Source: Candidatus Thorarchaeota archaeon (GTDB taxonomy: Archaea > Asgardarchaeota > Heimdallarchaeia > Hodarchaeales > Hodarchaeaceae). Taken from it: a stretch of 30,616 bases of DNA. The DNA is taken from positions 1-30,616 of the forward strand of contig JBHLRO010000033.1 in NCBI GenBank assembly GCA_048882505.1, written 5' to 3'. Numbering within the stretch: the first letter of the stretch is position 1; the number at the start of each line of letters is the position of its first letter. The notes below the pieces were generated by a model. That model had not been told where the DNA came from. It did not search any database and was given only the letters and a program-made list of their open reading frames with translations. This document shows, piece by piece, positions 8,589-18,747 of the stretch. The position numbers were made by a program, and so were the translations under genes.

Positions 8589-9389
8589 CTAAATGTATGT
8601 TCTATCTTTCCCACCCGCGGGTGACACTTGCTCCGACTGGATAGCAGCATTGGCCTGGTCTCTCATGGAGAGCGCCATTTGCTCGATTTTTTCGGCCTGT
8701 GCCAAAATGGGTTCAATCCGGATGGCGGGATCAATTGGAATAAGATGGTTCAGGACTTCAATTACCCGAGCAGCCGTGCGAATTTCGGGAAAATGCTCGC
8801 GAACCTCACCAAGCAGAACAATTACTTCGTACTTATTGTACCATCCCTCATTGAGCAAAACCGCGCTGAGACCTTTTATCACACCTTGGTTCAGGGGGGG
8901 GATCTGTTTTTCATTGAGAAAGGTTCTACACGTCTCGGTCGTTCCGACCCCGAACACTCTCATTGGCAATTGTTGAGGTGAATCTGAGTAATCACTTTTA
9001 AATCCTTCAACAGAGATGATCCGTTTCATTTCTTTCCTTTTAGCCCAATCTATTACTTTCTTTCCGATTTCACGGGTGATCGGAGGATATTGTGGTACCT
9101 CTGATGATAGAAGGGCTATTTTTAGTTCCTCATTTGCATAAATTCGAATCGGGAATTTGGGTTTGCTATAATAAACAACGCAAATCGCTGGAAGTTGATT
9201 ACTATCTCCGACTGCAACTTGATCAAAACCATTCTGACCGATTCCCGCTTCCAAAATGATATTAGCAGTAATTAGCGCCAATGCGCTAATTGATGGGAAA
9301 CACTCGATCAAAGTTCCCCCTTTCAGATCGATATCCGATACATCCCGAATTTCAAAGTCATTGGGTTCCTTTAGCGTCAAATTACTCAC
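8589..9389 (-). CDS. PAC2-family proteasome assembly chaperone (PbaA/PbaB-like)
   Basis: LIECFPSISALALITANII (cf. GFPGxGLVGxIA), P...Y..KPKFPIRIY, IGKKVIDWAKRKEMKRIISVEG, GVIKGLSAVLL, E...P..RTAARVIEVL, LAQAEKIE helix. The C-terminus is RTYI. Confidence 0.85.
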   Translation of the reverse strand: MSNLTLKEPNDFEIRDVSDIDLKGGTLIECFPSISALALITANIILEAGIGQNGFDQVAVGDSNQLPAICVVYYSKPKFPIRIYANEELKIALLSSEVPQYPPITREIGKKVIDWAKRKEMKRIISVEGFKSDYSDSPQQLPMRVFGVGTTETCRTFLNEKQIPPLNQGVIKGLSAVLLNEGWYNKYEVIVLLGEVREHFPEIRTAARVIEVLNHLIPIDPAIRIEPILAQAEKIEQMALSMRDQANAAIQSEQVSPAGGKDRTYI

Positions 9390-9463
9390 CGCAAGCTGTT
9401 TGTATTTACGAAACTAGGTCGTTTCAGACAAGTATTAATTTATCTCCTTTCAAATCGCCAGAG

Positions 9464-10114
9464 TCATAGTTTTACTGACACTGTCAGACCGTCTCTAATC
9501 GGAATAATTGTGCTAAATACACGCGGATCGCTAAATGCAAGCCGATTATATTCTTGAACCCCTTTTGTTGACTCTCTTGTAGGGTTATTTTCCAAAACTC
9601 GGCCTCCCCATATTGTATTATCTGTAAGAAGTACCCCACCATTTCGAAGACGAGGGATAGCCAATTCAAAGGCCTTCGGGTACCTTTCTTTATCGATATC
9701 ACAGAAGATTATGTCAAAAAGCCCCTCTAGCCCTGTAATTGTTTCCAGAGCGTCTCCTAAAACGAAGTTAACTGATTTTAGGCCTATTAGATGTTTATTA
9801 TGATTTGTCATCGAGGAAAAATTCGATAACGCCATCGATCGGTTCTTTTCCGAAGTATCTGTACATATCAGCTCTGCTGATGGGGCACCTAGGGAAAACC
9901 AGATGGCAGAATAGCCAAATCCTGAACCTAATTCTAGGATTCGTTTCGCTTTTACCAACTGGGCATATTGTTTTAGAAATCCTCCAACCAAGGGTCCAAC
10001 AATCGGAAAATCCTTCTGCCTCGCGTACTCTTCGAGCTCAACTAGTATTGCATCCCGTTCTTTGGGGATTAATGAATTGAAATAGGAGTGTAAATCTGTC
10101 AAAGATACATTCAT
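9464..10114 (-). CDS. Class I SAM-dependent O-methyltransferase (CCoAOMT/COMT/TrmR-like)
   Basis: FPIVGPLVGGFL, KRILELGSGFGYSAIW, FDIIFCDIDKERY, LRNGGVLLTDNTIW.G, IPIRDGL. SD GGAGGA lies upstream. Confidence 0.9.
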   Translation of the reverse strand: MNVSLTDLHSYFNSLIPKERDAILVELEEYARQKDFPIVGPLVGGFLKQYAQLVKAKRILELGSGFGYSAIWFSLGAPSAELICTDTSEKNRSMALSNFSSMTNHNKHLIGLKSVNFVLGDALETITGLEGLFDIIFCDIDKERYPKAFELAIPRLRNGGVLLTDNTIWGGRVLENNPTRESTKGVQEYNRLAFSDPRVFSTIIPIRDGLTVSVKL

Positions 10115-10158
10115 CAGTAATCCTCCAGCGTTCCCGTTTTGTGTGATTAGCTAAATCC

Positions 10159-10219
10159 GTATACTGGGTATAATCCTTATCTTCCGATAGTCAGAAGCAA
10201 TCTTCTGAATCCAGTATAC
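10159..10219 (-). other. Candidate structured RNA element (three-way junction) upstream of the O-methyltransferase
   Basis: The - strand reads GTATACTGG-AT-TCAGAAG(ATTG)CTTCTGA-C-TATC(GGAA)GATA-AGGATTATAC-CCAGTATAC. This gives perfect 9-bp, 7-bp and 4-bp stems, the last with a GNRA loop. Confidence 0.35.
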
Positions 10220-10330
10220 TCCCTCTTATTTCAGATCGATCTTGTTCATACGGAAATATTCACGAACTACATTGTGTTGTTGAACGAAACGAAATCACAA
10301 CCCCAAATAGCGTAGTTAGAGAAGAACCGG

Positions 10331-10359
10331 GGCCATGAGAGAAAAAAAAGGATTTGGCC
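10331..10359 (-). terminator. Oligo-T terminator downstream of cdc48
   Basis: The - strand reads ggccaaatccTTTTTTTTctctcatggcc a few nt after the stop. Confidence 0.55.
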
Positions 10360-10366
10360 GGTGATT

Positions 10367-12604
<2,238 letters not shown>

Positions 12605-12608
12605 TCAA

Positions 12609-13058
12609 TTACCCATCAATGTCTACTTTGTATTTTTCCCCCTTTTCCGCCAAAGGGGCAACAATAGTCAAGAGTCCATCTTTCATTGAAGCTCTAACCA
12701 TTGTCGGATCAATGGGTTTACGTAGAAAAAGATTTCTACGAAATTCCTTATCTAATTCTTCATTTCTGGCTTCAAGCCAGATCTCGTCAGGCCCAACCTC
12801 TAACTCGATGTTTTCTTTGGATATCCCAGGCAATTCCACTTGAATGGTGTATTTTTCATGGTCTCGAGAAATATATGCTCGAGGATAGGCCGACCATTTC
12901 CTACAGCCATGAAAACGAAAATGTCTTCCTCTCCTGTGATGTGGGCCGCAGTTAAAGGCAAATTTTCTCATAAATGGGCCAAATGACGGAAATTCAAATT
13001 GAAATCCTGCACAATCATCAAATTCATCGTTTTTTGGATCATCTTCCACTTTAATCAC
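12609..13058 (-). CDS. Small heat shock protein (Hsp20/alpha-crystallin)
   Basis: YTIQVELPGISKENIELEV, ASMKDGLLTIVAP, C-terminal V-D-I (IXI) motif. Confidence 0.92.
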   Translation of the reverse strand: MIKVEDDPKNDEFDDCAGFQFEFPSFGPFMRKFAFNCGPHHRRGRHFRFHGCRKWSAYPRAYISRDHEKYTIQVELPGISKENIELEVGPDEIWLEARNEELDKEFRRNLFLRKPIDPTMVRASMKDGLLTIVAPLAEKGEKYKVDIDG

Positions 13059-13133
13059 TTTATTAAAGTTTTAATTACCTGTTTGATAATTTGAATTAAT
13101 CTTGACGTTGTTTAAATTTATTCACATATTGTT

Positions 13134-13147
13134 TTTTATAATTTCGG
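13134..13147 (-). promoter_or_regulatory. Putative BRE-TATA promoter of hsp20-cdc48
   Basis: The - strand reads CCGAAATTATAAAA about 75 nt upstream of the hsp20 GTG, in an AT-rich intergenic region. Confidence 0.5.
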
Positions 13148-13199
13148 TATAGGGAAACAGAAGTGAATAAAATCCCTTATTCCGAGTAATTTCAAGGGT

Positions 13200-13796
13200 T
13201 CAGTCATAAGGGATATGAGTCGTCAAAGAAGCGGAATCATGATCGGGGGCCTTGCTAACAGGAGCTCCAATAATTTTTGTGAATAGATTCAAAAACGCGG
13301 TATCCACTCCAGAATTTTCTTTTGCAGAAGTCTTTAAAACCGGTATTTCTGGTTCATCACTCATAGGATGACGCGTTTGCTTTATTTGAAGATCTTCCAA
13401 ATCTGCCTTATTTCCCACAATCACCATAGGGACTTTCTTATGGCAATTATCCCTACACTCCTTAACCCATGATTGAACGTTTCTATAGGAGTTGGCACTA
13501 GTTAGATCATAAACAACGAGAGCGCCACTTGTTCCAGAATAAAACCTGGAACGAAATCGCTTGAAGTGTGTTTGACCGCTCATATCCCATAATACAAAGC
13601 GAATAGGTTTCTGGGTTCGCGTGATGATAGTATTTAAGGGGGTTATATCAACCCCGATGGTAGTTTTATATATCCGGGAAAATTTACGATGGACAAACTG
13701 TTGAACCAGTGAAGTCTTGCCTACTCCGCCGTCACCAATCAAAATAATTTTTACAGCTTTTGTGTCTTTGGAAGAGTCGGTGTTATCCGCAATCAT
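13200..13796 (-). CDS. Rab-like small GTPase (Ras superfamily)
   Basis: G1 GDGGVGKTS, G2 YKTTIGVD, G3 WDMSGQ, G4 NKAD, G5 TSAK. RabF-like motifs are IGVDI, FVLW, RFRSRFYSG and LVVYDLT. Confidence 0.93.
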   Translation of the reverse strand: MIADNTDSSKDTKAVKIILIGDGGVGKTSLVQQFVHRKFSRIYKTTIGVDITPLNTIITRTQKPIRFVLWDMSGQTHFKRFRSRFYSGTSGALVVYDLTSANSYRNVQSWVKECRDNCHKKVPMVIVGNKADLEDLQIKQTRHPMSDEPEIPVLKTSAKENSGVDTAFLNLFTKIIGAPVSKAPDHDSASLTTHIPYD

Positions 13797-13798
13797 TG

Positions 13799-14512
13799 CT
13801 ACTTTCCTGCCATTAAACGTTCAACGAGCTCTTTCGACATTTCTTCTGGAAGGTTTTTCTGGATGTGCATAATTGTTTGGGTGGGATCGTATTCGAGCCG
13901 TTGGAAACTTATGTCATGTTGGGAGGGATCGTAGATCGCATATGAGGCACGAGCATCTCCATCTCGAGGTTGACCAACGCTTCCAGGATTACAGATAATT
14001 CGGCCATCGAGTTCTGCCTTAAACGGAACGTGCGTATGACCTAAGAACAGTACATCAACATTTAACATCTTCATGTATGAGAAGGTACTGTGTAGGTCTT
14101 CCTTGTTATCTGGATAAATATATTGATCATAGGGATACTCTGGGCCGCCATGGATCAGCATAACATTCTTATCGTCACATTTGGTTGTTACCTGAGTGGG
14201 CAGATCATTTAGAGTTTTACGTTCTCGAACAGTTAGGAGATCGTGGGTTATCGTCAATGGCTGATGTGACTCATCTCGATAATGCTCTGGCACATCGCCT
14301 GTAATAGCCGCGACATCATTGTTCCCCTTTATCACTATTTCACATCGACCCAAGACAAGGTGAATAACTGGAATCGGTTCAGCAAAGTATCCCACAAGGT
14401 CTCCCAAGCAAAAAATTCGTGAAATTCCCTGGTTATGAATATCAGCTAATACTGCTCGGAGGGCGCTTAAATTCGCATGTATGTCTGAAATAACGGCCAC
14501 AGGAGGCATCAT
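13799..14512 (-). CDS. Calcineurin-like metallophosphoesterase (MJ0912/YfcE-like)
   Basis: ISDIHAN, LGDLVGY, KGNND, IHGGP, LGHTH, NPGSVGQPRDGDARASY. Confidence 0.92.
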   Translation of the reverse strand: MMPPVAVISDIHANLSALRAVLADIHNQGISRIFCLGDLVGYFAEPIPVIHLVLGRCEIVIKGNNDVAAITGDVPEHYRDESHQPLTITHDLLTVRERKTLNDLPTQVTTKCDDKNVMLIHGGPEYPYDQYIYPDNKEDLHSTFSYMKMLNVDVLFLGHTHVPFKAELDGRIICNPGSVGQPRDGDARASYAIYDPSQHDISFQRLEYDPTQTIMHIQKNLPEEMSKELVERLMAGK

Positions 14513-14679
14513 TTATTCCTTAAACATGTTTGACTTGAAGAACTCACGGTTGATGGCCCGAAGGAACTTCAAGCTAAAAGTAAATCATTATCCTCCGAGA
14601 GAAAAAAATGCCCTAAAGGTTTCTGTTCGATTGATTAGATCTCCAATCCATAAGAAAATCTCACCCCTAGCTGGTACAT

Positions 14680-15444
14680 TTAATTGATCGAGTGACCTAC
14701 GGCTAAATTTCCATTGAGAGATCTTGCCAGTCTTCGCCAATCCGTTCCTATTCCCAAAACTGCATAGAAAAAATGAATATATGCGTCTTGCTCTTCAGTG
14801 ATTTTTAACAGCAGATCGATAAAACCTCCTCTACGAATATAATCACTGATTAGAAGCAGTTTTTTCCCACGAATATCCACATTTCGAGAAGTAAAATACA
14901 CTTGAGAGATTAATTCGTTATCAATAAAATAAGGATAACTACGAAAACGGGAAGGCGGTTGATTCGGCGGACGGAAAGATATACTACTCCATGGTATCCT
15001 CATCATAGTAGAAAAAGCAATAGCGATGGGAACTGCCTCGGGGTGAGTCAAAATGGCATCATACTTATTTTGGGGAACCATCTTTCTTTCCAGTGTATGG
15101 AAAACTAACAGATTGACTCTCTCAGGATAGGAAAGAAGGCTACTGAGATCAATTAAAAGAGGAGTTAATCTCTGATCCACTTCAATATAGGGAAGGATAA
15201 GATCCTCTTCAATATCAAGCTCGTTCTTAAGGAAATCTAGGTAGATACCTTCCTTGTTAAGGGGAATTGTCACTTCTGCTTTTAAATAACGGGAGAACTG
15301 GGGATATGAGAATTCCTTAGATTTTTCTCCTCCAAACTGTGTGAGGGAGGTATATAAAGCCCTTACTGATTTGAATTTTTTCAATAAAAGCCTTAAACTT
15401 AGGAGAATCAAGCTTTTTCTAAAACAAAGTTCGAATTCAGACAT
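14680..15444 (-). CDS. HTH-phosphoribosyltransferase-fold protein, probable PurR-like regulator
   Basis: N-terminal HTH with YPQFSRYLKAEVTIP (cf. archaeal LSRYxxGxxLP). PRT fold: YDAILTHPEAVPIAIAFS, GKKLLLISDYIRRGG (degenerate PRPP loop), AVLGIG. Confidence 0.75.
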   Translation of the reverse strand: MSEFELCFRKSLILLSLRLLLKKFKSVRALYTSLTQFGGEKSKEFSYPQFSRYLKAEVTIPLNKEGIYLDFLKNELDIEEDLILPYIEVDQRLTPLLIDLSSLLSYPERVNLLVFHTLERKMVPQNKYDAILTHPEAVPIAIAFSTMMRIPWSSISFRPPNQPPSRFRSYPYFIDNELISQVYFTSRNVDIRGKKLLLISDYIRRGGFIDLLLKITEEQDAYIHFFYAVLGIGTDWRRLARSLNGNLAVGHSIN

Positions 15445-15509
15445 TGGATCATCTTCCCTAAAATTACATTATGATGAGCAATACCTTGTTTTATTGGCAG
15501 AAAATAATT

Positions 15510-15523
15510 CGAAACTTTATAAA
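15510..15523 (+). promoter_or_regulatory. Putative BRE-TATA (CGAAAC-TTTATAAA) in the divergent purR-like/ECF intergenic region
   Basis: cgaaacTTTATAAA. The TATA box is self-palindromic and central in the 144-nt divergent gap. Confidence 0.5.
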
Positions 15524-15588
15524 TTATATCATAACGATGCAATATTATTGGCTAATACGGCTTTATTCGATAGTTAAGGTTTTTACAT

Positions 15589-16380
15589 GTGGTTAATGTA
15601 GATGTTTTCACAATGTCTTCCACTCAAAATTCCCCTTCGAGGGACATAATCCTAGTGAGGCAGGTAGCACTTGCCGCAACTTTCACGGCCTTGGTATTTT
15701 TGGCTACCTCCCTTTTTTACCTCGCTCTTGTTGCATCTTCCGGATTCTTTAATCTTGGAGAAGCCTTTGTTTATCTGGCTGCATTAATTGGCGGGCCCAT
15801 AGTTGGTGCCGTGGCAGGTGGCCTTGGTTCCGCAATGGCAGACGCTTTCCTTGGGTACGGGACGTTTGTTCCCGCTACGTTGGTCTTAAAGGGATTGGAA
15901 GGTTTTGTTGCGGGTCTACTATATCAATATGGCAAGGAAGGAGATCCTCGTTTGCGTAGGATTATCCTCATTGGAGTAACAGGATTTGTTATCCTTTTCT
16001 CCGTCTATGTCACGACTCCAGTCCTGAATGGAGTTCCTGAGTCGGTAAATGTCCAAGGGAGTTTTGTCTTTGGTGATACCGAATTTCCTTTCTCTTTCCC
16101 AGGACTGGTACTCGTGATCATTTCGATAATTCTCTCAACAATTATCTGGTGGATAGAATTTCGATTGGGAAGTAAAGGGCAGATGGCCGTTGCTTGTATA
16201 ATCGCGGGCCCGATCATTATTGTAGGATACTTCTTGTACGAGATCATGTTCCTTTCAATAGCACCAGAGGCTGCTCTTTCTGAAGTTCCGTTTAATATTG
16301 CCCAGGTGGTCTTTGGGACATTGATCGCAGTTCCGATTGTAGCTTACCTAAAAGAACTTGGAATAATTCGTGAGCCCTAA
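15589..16380 (+). CDS. ECF transporter substrate-binding S component (COG4720/HmpT-like), enlarged; the start may be ATG 15613
   Basis: GFFNLGEAFVYLAALIGGPIVGAVAGGLGSAMADAFLGY..ATLVLKGLEGFVAG and ALSEVPFNIAQVVFG..IAVP. First gene of the A-A'-T operon. Confidence 0.88.
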   Translation: MVNVDVFTMSSTQNSPSRDIILVRQVALAATFTALVFLATSLFYLALVASSGFFNLGEAFVYLAALIGGPIVGAVAGGLGSAMADAFLGYGTFVPATLVLKGLEGFVAGLLYQYGKEGDPRLRRIILIGVTGFVILFSVYVTTPVLNGVPESVNVQGSFVFGDTEFPFSFPGLVLVIISIILSTIIWWIEFRLGSKGQMAVACIIAGPIIIVGYFLYEIMFLSIAPEAALSEVPFNIAQVVFGTLIAVPIVAYLKELGIIREP

Positions 16381-16442
16381 AGCGATCGATCATCTGAAAA
16401 GCTGATGCACCGCCTGTAACATTTACCAGTTGGAGAAACCTT

Positions 16443-17255
16443 TTGCTCGAGTTCAAAGACGTTTCCATAAGATATGCTGGTTCTTCAAGTTGGACCTTGG
16501 AGCAAATGTCCTTCTTGGCAAAGAGAGGCAATTTAGTGATAGTTACAGGGGCAAGTGGTTCCGGAAAATCGACATTGGCTGGTTTGATAATTCGATTGAT
16601 ACCTGATTTTATTCCTGCAGAAATCTCAGGAGAAATTTTGTACCAAGGGAAGAATATTCACAACATTTCTCGCACAGAACTCTTTGCTGCATTTGGGTAC
16701 GTTCCTCAATATCCTGCCGATTATACCACCACAATGGTGGTCGAAGAAGAAATCGTATTTCCTCTTGAAAACCTTCGATTATCTCGTGAGGAGATCTCTA
16801 ACCGTTTGGAAAACGTATTGCAAGAGTTAGAAATTTCTCATCTACGCCATCGTCTGTTGTTGGAGCTTAGTTCTGGGGAGCTACAGAGGGTCGCGTTAGC
16901 GACCGCCTTGGTAACGAGACCACAAGTCCTTATTTTAGATGAACCTATGGCTAGGATTGATCCAAAGTCTGAGACAAAGCTGGCTACGAAACTAAAAAGC
17001 TTGGCAAGAATGGGGATACTGGTTATTGCATTTGAACATAGGCTGGATTATCTACTCGCAGAAGCAGACATTGTTATTATTTTGAAAAAGGGCAAGATAT
17101 TTAGAGTTGGATCTCCCAAAGTAGTTGTATCTGGGATGAAAAACGTAGATATCCCGGAGATTGCAAACCTAATTGTAGGTAGCGAGCGGTCATATCCCTT
17201 GGCAATCGATGAGGCGATAGACATAATGAAGAACGATATGAGACTCCAAGGGTGA
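16443..17255 (+). CDS. ecfA: ECF transporter ATPase (EcfA1)
   Basis: GASGSGKST, YVPQYP, LSSGELQRVALA, ILDEP, EHRLD. Confidence 0.92.
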   Translation: MLEFKDVSIRYAGSSSWTLEQMSFLAKRGNLVIVTGASGSGKSTLAGLIIRLIPDFIPAEISGEILYQGKNIHNISRTELFAAFGYVPQYPADYTTTMVVEEEIVFPLENLRLSREEISNRLENVLQELEISHLRHRLLLELSSGELQRVALATALVTRPQVLILDEPMARIDPKSETKLATKLKSLARMGILVIAFEHRLDYLLAEADIVIILKKGKIFRVGSPKVVVSGMKNVDIPEIANLIVGSERSYPLAIDEAIDIMKNDMRLQG

Positions 17256-17259
17256 TAGA

Positions 17260-18042
17260 TTGGTCTCAGTTCAGACCCATAACATCTGGTTCAGGTACCC
17301 AGGCCAGCCTGAATTCATTTTCAGGTCCCTATCGTGGGAGGTTTCCAAACCGCAATCGATAGGGATATTGGGTACAAATGGATGTGGGAAGAGCACTTTC
17401 CTACGTTTGTTGGCAGGATTAATTACATCAGAAAGAGGGTTTGTTATGATCGATGGGAAAAGCGTTGTAGGGGTGAAATCAACTCATAGGGTTGTAAGCT
17501 TTGTACCAGAGAACGCAAAGCTATTTTTAGTCGGGCCTACAGGCTTGCAAGACTTACTTCGAATAGATCCGAACCCCGATAAAGTCGATCGACTCCTAAG
17601 CAGATATAAACTTGCTGATATTGCCAATTCAAAACTATATACCTTATCAGAAGGTCAGCGAAGATTATTGGCCCTATTTGCTGCGTTTCAACTTCCCCGT
17701 CGAATATTATTGTTCGATGAACCAACTATTGGCCTTGATACAAGTGGTAGACAGCTCTTCACTCAATTAGTGAGTGAGGCAACTCAGGCTGGAAGGATGG
17801 TTTTCATTGCAACAAATGATTCCCGTTTGTTCTCTCACGTTGACAAGATTGTGGTCTTGGAGGGGGGAGGGATAAAACTAGATGGAATGACACGGGACAT
17901 TCTGTATCGTCTCGAAGAAGAAACGGATCTGGTTCCGTCCCAATTAGTTAGAACAATCAAAGGTTTCCAATCCTTGTACCCTAATTTTCCCTCGGTGTTA
18001 CATATTGAGGAACTAAACAACTTATTGTCAAGGAGGGAATAG
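17260..18042 (+). CDS. ecfA: ECF transporter ATPase (EcfA2), partly degenerate
   Basis: GTNGCGKST, LSEGQRR, LFDEPTIGLD. The H-loop reads ATND. Confidence 0.88.
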   Translation: MVSVQTHNIWFRYPGQPEFIFRSLSWEVSKPQSIGILGTNGCGKSTFLRLLAGLITSERGFVMIDGKSVVGVKSTHRVVSFVPENAKLFLVGPTGLQDLLRIDPNPDKVDRLLSRYKLADIANSKLYTLSEGQRRLLALFAAFQLPRRILLFDEPTIGLDTSGRQLFTQLVSEATQAGRMVFIATNDSRLFSHVDKIVVLEGGGIKLDGMTRDILYRLEEETDLVPSQLVRTIKGFQSLYPNFPSVLHIEELNNLLSRRE

Positions 18043-18053
18043 TTTTCTCTCAG

Positions 18054-18743
18054 ATGCTAAGAAGAATTCGCCAAGGTTTTCTATATCGTCCCGAGGCATT
18101 TCATCTTCACCCAGGATTTGGCCTACTTATCCTTGCCATCCAATTTTCTCTTATAATTGGACAATCCCCTTTGGGTCTCATAATCTTAGTTCTGGTTACG
18201 TTTCTGGAAAATTCGTTGATTGGAAACTTTCGTGGATCTCTTGAACTAATCTGGGGATTGCTGCCCCTTATACTTCTTCTAAGCATCGTTACTTTGATTG
18301 TTGCAAACGTCGCCAGCGTCATTACGCTAATCTTACGTTTCGTATCCGGGGCCTTGATTTTTTCATTCTTTTTTGTTGTTACAAACCCAGCTGATCTAAC
18401 TCGATTCCTAGAACAGCTAAAAATTCCCGCACGCTGGGCCATTATTCCAAGTCTTGCCCTTACTCTAGTACCTCGAATAGCAAAAGATACAGAAGAGACA
18501 TTCGAGGCCTTGACATTTAGGGGTGAGTTATCGGGCAGGTTCTACAGATGGGCTCCCCGTGCCCTTGCAATTTTGGTCGCTTCTGCTCTTTATCGATCTG
18601 AACTGTTGGCTCAGGCTTTATACTACAAAGGTTTTGGTGTTAGATCTCGAGAGCATTATCGTTCAATACTAATAAGAAGATTCGATCTTTTCAGATTTGG
18701 TTTGTGGATATTTATCCTATATGGCGCCATAACAATGTTTTAG
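18054..18743 (+). CDS. ecfT: ECF transporter transmembrane T component (CbiQ-like)
   Basis: Several TM helices, TNPADLTRFLEQLKIP, ALTLVPRIAKD, and coupling motifs A.TFRG and A.ALYYKGF. Confidence 0.9.
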   Translation: MLRRIRQGFLYRPEAFHLHPGFGLLILAIQFSLIIGQSPLGLIILVLVTFLENSLIGNFRGSLELIWGLLPLILLLSIVTLIVANVASVITLILRFVSGALIFSFFFVVTNPADLTRFLEQLKIPARWAIIPSLALTLVPRIAKDTEETFEALTFRGELSGRFYRWAPRALAILVASALYRSELLAQALYYKGFGVRSREHYRSILIRRFDLFRFGLWIFILYGAITMF

Positions 18744-18747
18744 TGAG

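Noticed and set aside
13799-14512. Calling the phosphoesterase Vps29
   Set aside because: GSVGQPRDGD and the intact metal ligands fit the common MJ0912-like family. Phylogeny is needed.
15445-15612. TPP/FMN/cobalamin riboswitch ahead of the ECF operon
   Set aside because: The region is short and AT-rich and lacks the conserved cores (e.g. CTGAGA for TPP, AGGGAA..GGTG for cobalamin).
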